A stretch of DNA of 58,890 nucleotides from Thermoleophilaceae bacterium (GTDB lineage Bacteria; Actinomycetota; Thermoleophilia; Solirubrobacterales; Thermoleophilaceae). How positions within the stretch are numbered: the stretch's first letter is position 1; each line of letters starts with the position of its first letter. The stretch spans positions 1-58,890 of the forward strand of contig DASVQK010000052.1 in the NCBI GenBank assembly GCA_036389105.1, written 5' to 3'. Below, one piece after another: positions 52,009-58,890 of this stretch. The notes beneath the pieces were generated by a model, which saw nothing but the letters and a program-made list of their open reading frames with translations, ran no database searches and was not told the DNA's origin. The position numbers were made by a program, and so were the translations under genes.

Positions 52009-53454
52009 ATGGCCGACCTGATCCGAGAGCTGCGGCGCACCTGCGGCGCCGAGGGCGTGGTCACGCACCCGCACGCGCTGCGCACCTACGAGTCGGACGG
52101 GCTGCTCCAGTACCGGGCGGTCCCGCGGGCCGCGGTGCTGCCCGACACGGCCGAGCAGGTGCGCGAGGTGGTGGCCGCGTGCCACCGCGCCGGCGTGCCG
52201 TGGGTGGCGCGGGGCGCGGGCTCGGGCCTGTCCGGGGGCGCGCTGCCGGTGGAGGAGGGCGTGCTGATCGTCCTGACCCGGCTGCGGCGCATCCTCGAGG
52301 TGGACATGGCCAACCAGCGCGTGGTGGTGGAGCCCGGCGTGACCAACATCGCCGTGTCGCACGCGGTGGCCCCCACGCACTTCTTCCCACCCGACCCGTC
52401 GTCGCAGATCGTCTGCTCGATCGGCGGCAACGTGGCCGAGAACTCCGGCGGCGCCCACTGCTTCAAGTACGGCTTCACCACCAACTACGTGACCGGCCTG
52501 GAGGTGGTGCTGCCCGACGGTGACGTGGTGACGTTGGGAGGCAAGGAGGTGGACGGCCCGGGCTACGACCTGGTGGGCGCGTTCGTCGGCTCGGAGGGCA
52601 CCCTGGGGGTGGCCACGCGGATCGTGCTGCGGGTGGTGCCGCGGCCCCAGGCCGTGCGCACGCTGGTGGCGTTCTTCGAGCACACCGGCGACGCCGGCCA
52701 GGCCGTGTCGGACATCGTGGGCGCGGGCATGGTGCCGGGCGCCCTGGAGATGATGGACCGGCTGTCGATCGAGGCCGCCGAGGGGGCGGTGCACGCCGGC
52801 TACCCAAGCGACGCCGGCGCCGCGCTGCTGGTGGAGCTGGACGGGTCGCAGGCCGAGTGCGAGGCGGGGTTCGAGCAGGTGGTGGAGACCTGTAGGCGCA
52901 ACTCCGCCACCGGCGTGCGCATAGCCGCCGACGAGGCCGAGCGCGAGCTGATCTGGAAGGCGCGCAAGGCGGCGTTCGCGGCGATGGGCCGGATCTCGCC
53001 CAACTACTACGTGCAGGACGGCGTGATCCCGCGCACCAGGCTGCCGGAGGTGCTGCGGCGGATCGACGAGCTGTCCAGCGAGCACGGGCTGCGCGTGGCC
53101 AACGTGTTCCACGCCGGCGACGGCAACCTGCACCCGCTGGTCTGCTACGACGCCGCGGTGCCCGGCGAGCCCGAGCGGGCGGAGGAGCTGGCGGGGCTGA
53201 TCGTGTCCGCGTGCGTGGACGCCGGCGGCTCGATCACGGGCGAGCACGGCGTGGGCGTGGACAAGAAGCGCTACATGGGCCGCATGTTCGGCGAGGGCGA
53301 CCTGGAGGCGTTCCAGCGCCTGCGCTGCGCCTTCGACCCGGCCGGCCTGGCCAACCCCGGCAAGGTGATGCCCACGCCGCGGCTGTGCGGCGAGGTGCCG
53401 GGGCCCTACCGCCAGCACCCGCTGGAGGCCGCCGGCCTGGCGGACCGCTTCTGA
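52009..53454 (+). CDS. glcD: Glycolate oxidase FAD-linked subunit GlcD
   Basis: FAD-binding PCMH pattern (VVARGAGSGLSGGA, FPPDPSS..IGGNVAENSGG) and the C-terminus GEHGVG..K...M. Confidence 0.85.
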   Translation: MADLIRELRRTCGAEGVVTHPHALRTYESDGLLQYRAVPRAAVLPDTAEQVREVVAACHRAGVPWVARGAGSGLSGGALPVEEGVLIVLTRLRRILEVDMANQRVVVEPGVTNIAVSHAVAPTHFFPPDPSSQIVCSIGGNVAENSGGAHCFKYGFTTNYVTGLEVVLPDGDVVTLGGKEVDGPGYDLVGAFVGSEGTLGVATRIVLRVVPRPQAVRTLVAFFEHTGDAGQAVSDIVGAGMVPGALEMMDRLSIEAAEGAVHAGYPSDAGAALLVELDGSQAECEAGFEQVVETCRRNSATGVRIAADEAERELIWKARKAAFAAMGRISPNYYVQDGVIPRTRLPEVLRRIDELSSEHGLRVANVFHAGDGNLHPLVCYDAAVPGEPERAEELAGLIVSACVDAGGSITGEHGVGVDKKRYMGRMFGEGDLEAFQRLRCAFDPAGLANPGKVMPTPRLCGEVPGPYRQHPLEAAGLADRF

Positions 53455-54614
53455 TGGCCGCGCGGACCGAGGCGCCGAAGTCGTACGAGGCGTTCGCGGC
53501 GACGATCGCGGCCGCTGCCGCCGACGGCGCGCCCGTGCGCGTGACCGGCGCCGGCAGCAAGGCCGGCTGGGCGGTCTCCCCGGCGGAGCCGGCGGTGGAG
53601 CTGTCCACGTCGAAGCTCGACTCGATCGTGGAGCACAACGAGGGCGACCTGACCGCGATCGTCCAGGCGGGCGTCCCGCTGGCACGGCTCCAGGAGCAGC
53701 TCGCGGCGGCCGGGCAGATGCTGGCGCTGGACCCCCCGCTCGGGTCCGCCGGGGAGGCCACGATCGGCGGCGTCTTCGCCACCGCCGACTCGGGACCGCT
53801 CCGCCACCGCTACGGCGGCCCGCGCGACCTGGTGCTGGGCATGACGGTCGCGCTGTCGGACGGCACGCTGGCGCGCTCGGGCGGCAAGGTGATCAAGAAC
53901 GTGGCCGGCTACGACCTGGCCAAGCTCTTCACCGGCTCGCACGGCACCCTGGGCGCGATCCTGGAGGTGGCGGTGCGGCTGCACCCCCTGCCCGCCGCGG
54001 CGGTGACGGCCGCCGGCGAGTCGGACGACCCCGCCCCGCTGGCGCGCGCGGCGGGCGAGCTGGCGCACGCCGCGCTCGAGGCCCAGTGCCTGGACGTGTC
54101 CTGGTCGGCCGGCCGCGGACGGGTGCTCGCGCGCTTCACCGGCGCGCAGGCGGCGGCCCAGGCCGGCGACGCCCTGCGGCTGCTGGACGGCGCCGGACTG
54201 GCCACCGAGGCGGTGGAGGACGACGCGGAGCTGTGGGACGGGCAGCGGCGGCGCCAGCGCTCGGGCGGCGGGCTGGTGCTGCGCGTGTCCGGAGTCCAGA
54301 CGCAGCTCGAGGCCCAGCTGCGCGCGGCCGCCCGCGTCGGCTCCGCACTGGTGGGGCGGGCCGCCTTCGGGCTGTCGTGGATGGCGCTGGACGGCGTGTC
54401 CGACGACGACGCCGTGGCGGCGGTCGAGCGGCTCCGGCGCGAGCTGGCGCCGTCACCGTGCGTGGTGCTCGACGCCCCGGCCGGCGTGCGCGAGCGCGTG
54501 GACGTCTGGGGCGTGGACGGCGGCGGGCCCGCGGTGGAGCTCATGCGCCGCGTTAAGGCGCGCTTCGACCCGACAAACGCGTGCGGCCCCGGCGCCTTCG
54601 TGGGCGGCATCTAG
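53454..54614 (+). CDS. glcE: Glycolate oxidase FAD-binding subunit GlcE
   Basis: ATG overlaps the glcD stop (TGATG). [25 protein letters not shown] is the typical GlcE motif. Confidence 0.8.
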   Translation: MAARTEAPKSYEAFAATIAAAAADGAPVRVTGAGSKAGWAVSPAEPAVELSTSKLDSIVEHNEGDLTAIVQAGVPLARLQEQLAAAGQMLALDPPLGSAGEATIGGVFATADSGPLRHRYGGPRDLVLGMTVALSDGTLARSGGKVIKNVAGYDLAKLFTGSHGTLGAILEVAVRLHPLPAAAVTAAGESDDPAPLARAAGELAHAALEAQCLDVSWSAGRGRVLARFTGAQAAAQAGDALRLLDGAGLATEAVEDDAELWDGQRRRQRSGGGLVLRVSGVQTQLEAQLRAAARVGSALVGRAAFGLSWMALDGVSDDDAVAAVERLRRELAPSPCVVLDAPAGVRERVDVWGVDGGGPAVELMRRVKARFDPTNACGPGAFVGGI

Positions 54615-54617
54615 CCG

Positions 54618-55904
54618 ATGCCCGCCGCATTCGACGAGGTCCGGCCGCCGTCGGCCGACACGATCGCGGACTGCGTTCACTGCGGCTTCTGCCTGCCCAC
54701 CTGCCCGACCTACTCGCTGTGGGGCGAGGAGATGGACTCGCCGCGCGGGCGGATCGTGCTGATGCGCACCGGGCTCGAGGAGGGCAGCGAGCTGTCGGCC
54801 ACGCTCGTGACGCACATCGACCGCTGCCTGGGCTGCATGGCGTGCGTGACCGCCTGCCCGTCGGGCGTCCGCTACGACCAGCTGATCGAGGACACGCGCG
54901 CGCAGGTGGAGCGCAACTTCGCCCGCACGCCGTGGGAGCGGTGCGTGCGGCGCGCGGTGTTCGAGACCTTCCCCCACCCCGCGCGGCTGCGCCCGATGGC
55001 GCCCGCCATCGCGCTGGGGCACGCGCTGGGGCTGCCGTCGCTCGCGCGACGGCGGCGCGGCGGGCTGCGCGGCCGCCTGCCGCGGCTGCGCACCCTGCTC
55101 CAGCTGTCGCCCCGGCGCTCGGGCGACCGCCCGTCCGCGGCGAGCGCGCCGGCGCCGGGCACGAGCCGCGGCCGCGTGGGCCTGCTCCAGGGCTGCGTTC
55201 AGCGCGTGTTCTTCGGCGGCGTGAACGCCGCGACCGCGCGCGTGCTGGCGGCGGAGGGGTACGAGGTGGTCGCGCCCGCCGGGCCGCGCTGCTGCGGCGC
55301 GCTCCAGCTGCACGCGGGCGACGACGGACCGGCGCGCGAGCTGGCCAGGCGCACGATCGCCGAGTTCGAGGGCTGCGACTTCGTGGCGGTGAACGCGGCG
55401 GGCTGCGGGTCGGCGATGAAGGACTACGCGCACCTGCTGCGCGACGACCCCGACTGGGCCGGGCGGGCGGCTGCGTTCTCCGGCCGCGTGCGCGACGTGT
55501 CGGAGCTCCTGACCGCGGGCGAGCCGGTGGCCGAGCGGCACCCTGTCCGGATGAAGGTGGCCTACCACGACGCATGCCACCTGGCGCACGCGCAGGCCGT
55601 GCGCTCGCAGCCGCGCGACGTGCTGCGCGGCATCCCCGGGCTGGAGCTGGTCGAGCCGCCCGAGTGGGAGATCTGCTGCGGGTCGGCCGGGATCTGGAAC
55701 CTCGTGAATCCCGAGCCCGCGGCCGAGCTGGGCGAGCGCAAGGCGCGCAACCTGCTGAGCACCGGCGCCGAGGCGGTTGCCGCGGGCAACCCCGGCTGCG
55801 CGCTTCAGATCGCCGCGCACTCGGAGCGCGTGAGCGGGCGCGAGCTGCCGGTGCTGCATCCTGTGGAGCTGCTCGACATGTCGATACGGGGAGGACGCTC
55901 GTGA
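54618..55904 (+). CDS. glcF: Glycolate oxidase iron-sulfur subunit GlcF
   Basis: Two ferredoxin-type clusters ([12 protein letters not shown] and [12 protein letters not shown]), followed by CCG-domain repeats. Confidence 0.85.
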   Translation: MPAAFDEVRPPSADTIADCVHCGFCLPTCPTYSLWGEEMDSPRGRIVLMRTGLEEGSELSATLVTHIDRCLGCMACVTACPSGVRYDQLIEDTRAQVERNFARTPWERCVRRAVFETFPHPARLRPMAPAIALGHALGLPSLARRRRGGLRGRLPRLRTLLQLSPRRSGDRPSAASAPAPGTSRGRVGLLQGCVQRVFFGGVNAATARVLAAEGYEVVAPAGPRCCGALQLHAGDDGPARELARRTIAEFEGCDFVAVNAAGCGSAMKDYAHLLRDDPDWAGRAAAFSGRVRDVSELLTAGEPVAERHPVRMKVAYHDACHLAHAQAVRSQPRDVLRGIPGLELVEPPEWEICCGSAGIWNLVNPEPAAELGERKARNLLSTGAEAVAAGNPGCALQIAAHSERVSGRELPVLHPVELLDMSIRGGRS

Positions 55905-57490
55905 GCGTGGAGGTCCGCGCGCCGGTGGAGGGACGCTTCGCGGAGGTGCTGACCGACGACGCGCTGGCGTTCGTCGGCGAGCTCCACGACGCCTTCGACG
56001 GGCGCCGGCGCCAGCTGCTGCGCGCGCGCTCGCTGCACCACCGCCGCTGGAACGCCGGCGAGCTGCCGGGCTTCCTGGAGAAGACGCGCGAGGTGCGCGA
56101 GGGCGACTGGCAGGTCGCGCCGCCGCCGGAGCCGCTCCAGGACCGCCGCGTGGAGATCACCGGCCCGACGGACCGCAAGATGGTGATCAACGCGCTCAAC
56201 TCGGGCGCGCGCGGCTTCATGGCCGACTTCGAGGACGCGCTGTCGCCCACGTGGTCCAACGTGATCGGCGGACAGGTCAACCTGACCGACGCGATCGAGG
56301 GCTCGATCGAGTTCGAGGGCGACGATGGGCGCACCTACAGCCTCGAGGACCGGACGGCCACGCTGCTGGTGCGGCCGCGCGGCTGGCACCTGGGAGACCG
56401 TCACGTGATGGTGGGAGGCTCCCCGATCGGGGCCGCGTTCCTGGACTTCGGGCTGTACCTGTTCCGGAACGCGCGGCGGCTGCTGGACCGCGGCGCCGGG
56501 CCGTACTTCTACCTGCCGAAGATGGAGAGCCATCTGGAGGCGCGGCTGTGGAACGACGTGTTCCTTCACGCCCAGGAGAGGCTGGGCCTGGAGCCGGGCA
56601 CCATCCGCGCCACCGTGCTGATCGAGACCGTGCCGGCGGCGTTCGAGATGGAGGAGATCCTCTACGAGCTGCGCGACCACTCGGCCGGGCTCAACGCCGG
56701 TCGCTGGGACTACATCTTCAGCATGATCAAGTGCTTCCGCGACCGCCCGGAGTTCCTGCTGCCCGACCGCGCGGACGTGACGATGACCGTGCCGTTCATG
56801 CGCGCCTACACCGAGCTGCTCGTGAAGACCTGCCACCGCCGCGGCGCGCACGCGATGGGCGGGATGGCCGCCTTCGTGCCCAGCCGCAAGCGGCCCGAGA
56901 TCAACGAGAAGGCCACCGCCGGCGTGCGCGCGGACAAGGAACGGGAGGCGGGCGCTGGCTTCGACGGGACCTGGGTGGCGCACCCGGACCTCGTGGAGGT
57001 GGCGACGGCCGAGTTCGACGAGGTCCTGGGCGAGCGCGCGAACCAGGTCGAGCGCCGGCGCGACGACGTGAGCGTGGAGGCCGGCGACCTCCTGAACGTG
57101 AGCGCCTCGGGCGGCGAGATCACCGAGGCCGGCCTGCGCAACGACGTGAACGTCGGCATCCAGTACATCTCGTCGTGGCTGCGCGGCAACGGCGCCGCCG
57201 CGATCAACAACCTGATGGAGGACGCCGCGACGGCCGAGATATCGCGCTCGCAGGTCTGGCAGTGGGTGCGCCACGGCGCCGAGCTGGAGAACGGCCAGCT
57301 GGTGACCCCGGAGCTGGTTCGGCGCCTGGAGGACGAGGAGCTTGAGAAGATCCGCGAAGAGGTGGGCGACGAGTTCTTCCATTCGCAGGGGCGCCCGACG
57401 GAGTCGCGCGAGCTGTTCGAGGACGTGGCGCTGGCGGAGCGCTTCGTCGAGTTCCTGACGCTGCCGGCGTACGAGCGGCTGGAGGACTGA
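55901..57490 (+). CDS. aceB: Malate synthase A
   Basis: GTG overlaps the glcF stop (GTGA). Motifs: [58 protein letters not shown]. Confidence 0.9.
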   Translation: MSVEVRAPVEGRFAEVLTDDALAFVGELHDAFDGRRRQLLRARSLHHRRWNAGELPGFLEKTREVREGDWQVAPPPEPLQDRRVEITGPTDRKMVINALNSGARGFMADFEDALSPTWSNVIGGQVNLTDAIEGSIEFEGDDGRTYSLEDRTATLLVRPRGWHLGDRHVMVGGSPIGAAFLDFGLYLFRNARRLLDRGAGPYFYLPKMESHLEARLWNDVFLHAQERLGLEPGTIRATVLIETVPAAFEMEEILYELRDHSAGLNAGRWDYIFSMIKCFRDRPEFLLPDRADVTMTVPFMRAYTELLVKTCHRRGAHAMGGMAAFVPSRKRPEINEKATAGVRADKEREAGAGFDGTWVAHPDLVEVATAEFDEVLGERANQVERRRDDVSVEAGDLLNVSASGGEITEAGLRNDVNVGIQYISSWLRGNGAAAINNLMEDAATAEISRSQVWQWVRHGAELENGQLVTPELVRRLEDEELEKIREEVGDEFFHSQGRPTESRELFEDVALAERFVEFLTLPAYERLED

Positions 57491-57492
57491 CC

Positions 57493-58728
57493 GTGCCGGG
57501 CCACCATGCGGCGCTGGTGCTGTGCGGAGCGGTGCTCGCGGCGGGCGTGGCCGCATCGGGGGCGGGCGCGGGGCCGGAGGGCCACGCGAAGATCACCGGG
57601 ACGAGCCTGACGATCTACTCGAGCCTTCCGGAGCACGGCCCAGCCCGTTGGCAGACCAGGGCGATCGAGAACGGCATCCGCATGGCGCTGGCGGAGAGGG
57701 ACCGGAAGGTGGGCGGCTACACGGTCAGGTACAAGCCGCTCGACGACTCGCGCCACTCGATCGCCGACGTGGGCGCGGGCGCGCGCAACGCGCGCAGGGC
57801 CGCGTCGAACAAGAGGACGATCGGCTACATCGGCGAGTACAACTCGGGGATCTCGATGGTCACGATCCCGATCCTCAACAAGAAGGGGATCGCGCAGATC
57901 AGCCCGACGAACACCTACGTCGGCCTCACGACCGCGGCGCCGGGCCACGCCCCGGGCGAGCCCGACAAGTACTACCCCACCGGCAGGCGCACATACGCGC
58001 GGCTCATGCCGAACGACACCGTCCAGTCGCGAGCGCTGGCGCTGGCGACCCAGCAGGACGGCTGCGCGAGTGTCCACGTGCTCCGCTCCGGGACGCTGTA
58101 CAGCAACGGCCTGTCGCGGAGCATCGCGGATTCCGCCGCCCAGATCGGCCTGCCGATCGCGGCCACCACGAGGTACAACCCGCGCGCGAGGAGGTACGGG
58201 AAGGTCGCCTCGAAGGTGGCCGCCCCATGCGTGATCCAGACCGGAGAGATCGAGGCGAGCGGTGCGCGGGTGCTCAAGGCCGTCGCCGCCGCGCACGGGG
58301 AGGCCAGGCTCTACGGCGCCGACGGCGTCTGCCTGAACGTGTCGGCGAACGCGTCGTACGGCATCCCACCGTCGGTGGCGCCGCGCTACCGCTGCACGAT
58401 CGCGTCACTCGACCCGGAGGCCTACGGACCGGAGGGCAGGGAGTTCTTCGCGAACTACTCGGCCAGGTACCACCAGAGGAATCCGGACCCGTACGCCGTC
58501 TACGGCTACGAGGCCATGTCCCTCATGCTGGACTCGGTCCAGCGGGCGATCGACGCGGACGGCGACCTGACCCGCCGGAAGGTGGTGGACGCGCTGTTCG
58601 CCACGAGGGACCGCCGGGGCGCGGTCGGCACCTACAGCATCGACGCGAACGGCGACACCACGCTGACCGACTACGGGCTGTACAGGATCGACGGCAAGCG
58701 GCTCACGTTCGACCGGGTGATCAGGTAG
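57493..58728 (+). CDS. ABC-transporter periplasmic substrate-binding protein (branched-chain amino-acid/LivK-like fold)
   Basis: GTG lies 2 nt after the aceB stop. Signal-like N-terminus. IGYIGEYNSG..IPILNKKGIAQISPTNT is the Peripla_BP_6 pattern. Confidence 0.7.
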   Translation: MPGHHAALVLCGAVLAAGVAASGAGAGPEGHAKITGTSLTIYSSLPEHGPARWQTRAIENGIRMALAERDRKVGGYTVRYKPLDDSRHSIADVGAGARNARRAASNKRTIGYIGEYNSGISMVTIPILNKKGIAQISPTNTYVGLTTAAPGHAPGEPDKYYPTGRRTYARLMPNDTVQSRALALATQQDGCASVHVLRSGTLYSNGLSRSIADSAAQIGLPIAATTRYNPRARRYGKVASKVAAPCVIQTGEIEASGARVLKAVAAAHGEARLYGADGVCLNVSANASYGIPPSVAPRYRCTIASLDPEAYGPEGREFFANYSARYHQRNPDPYAVYGYEAMSLMLDSVQRAIDADGDLTRRKVVDALFATRDRRGAVGTYSIDANGDTTLTDYGLYRIDGKRLTFDRVIR

Positions 58729-58753
58729 GCGGAGGGCGCGAGGCGGGCCCCGC

Positions 58754-58890
58754 TCAGTGGCCGCAGCGCAGGCGGCCCACCGGGCCCAGGGTCCGCAGCT
58801 TGCGCAGCAGCGCCACGCGGCGCCTGACGGCGTAGCGCGAGATGCCGAGTGCGCGCCCGGCGGCGGCCGCGCTGCCCGTGCGCCGGAGCG
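58754..58890 (-). CDS. C-terminal end of a helix-turn-helix regulator; N-terminus beyond the window
   Basis: The reverse frame reads ..AAAGRALGISRYAVRRRVALLRKLRTLGPVGRLRCGH*. It is open to the window end. Confidence 0.4.
   Translation of the reverse strand, partial: LRRTGSAAAAGRALGISRYAVRRRVALLRKLRTLGPVGRLRCGH

Noticed and set aside
54553-57556. 593-aa and 583-aa reverse-strand ORFs across glcF and aceB.
   Set aside because: They are antisense to genes with unambiguous GlcF and malate synthase motifs. Their composition is low-complexity R/P/A.
1-58890. Scan for CRISPR arrays, rRNA genes, intact integrases or transposases, reverse transcriptases and additional tRNAs.
   Set aside because: None was found by eye. 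The only intact RNA gene is tRNA-Phe at 42891-42963. A computational scan (tRNAscan-SE, Infernal/Rfam, CRISPR finders) should confirm this.

Overview
This is 58.9 kb of a very GC-rich, actinobacterial-type chromosome. All calls come from manual translation and motif reading; no database search was run.

**Right third (43.1-58.9 kb): ordinary core genome.**
- Genes: a VOC/glyoxalase, a DUF3352-like lipoprotein, an M23 peptidase, a helicase with a DUF1998-type C-terminus, a HAD hydrolase, LtrA, then glcD-glcE-glcF-aceB and a solute-binding protein.
- The glc/aceB genes have start/stop overlaps, which suggests translational coupling.

**Left two thirds (0.8-42.96 kb): a mosaic accessory tract.**
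- It lies between a ligD-polymerase gene and an intact tRNA-Phe(GAA).
- It carries several tRNA 3'-half scars, all in the orientation of that tRNA:
  - a 45-bp direct repeat, 44/45 identical (36160-36204 vs 42888-42932);
  - a rearranged 21-nt copy (31864-31884);
  - a more diverged tRNA-like 3' half (805-844).
- I read this as serial island accretion at one tRNA-Phe gene, followed by decay.
- Signs of decay:
  - no integrase and no intact transposase;
  - several frameshifted or truncated genes;
  - an IS N-terminal fragment;
  - a 5'-degenerate ssb;
  - a 123-nt pseudogene copy of the 3' end of a gene located 10 kb away.
- A roughly 45-80 bp palindromic repeat (GGTTTGGGACCTGAAGC...GGTCCC) occurs 3-4 times at module boundaries.

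**Candidates for undescribed biology:**
1. A more A/T-rich module at 25.2-31.9 kb. It holds a purple-acid-phosphatase-like phosphoesterase split by an 8-helix membrane insertion, a chimeric LmbU-like/LuxR regulator, a secreted metzincin and a small leaderless beta-rich protein.
2. A two-gene module (13.6-18.3 kb): a small TasA/camelysin-type protein plus a 1396-aa FG-GAP/LamG protein. Both have SipW-type-looking signal peptides, but no SipW is nearby.
3. A family of small secreted Cys proteins, with both copies sitting beside tRNA-derived scars.

**Not found:** CRISPR array, rRNA, intact integrase.

**ORF track:** many long entries are GC-artefact frames and were rejected.
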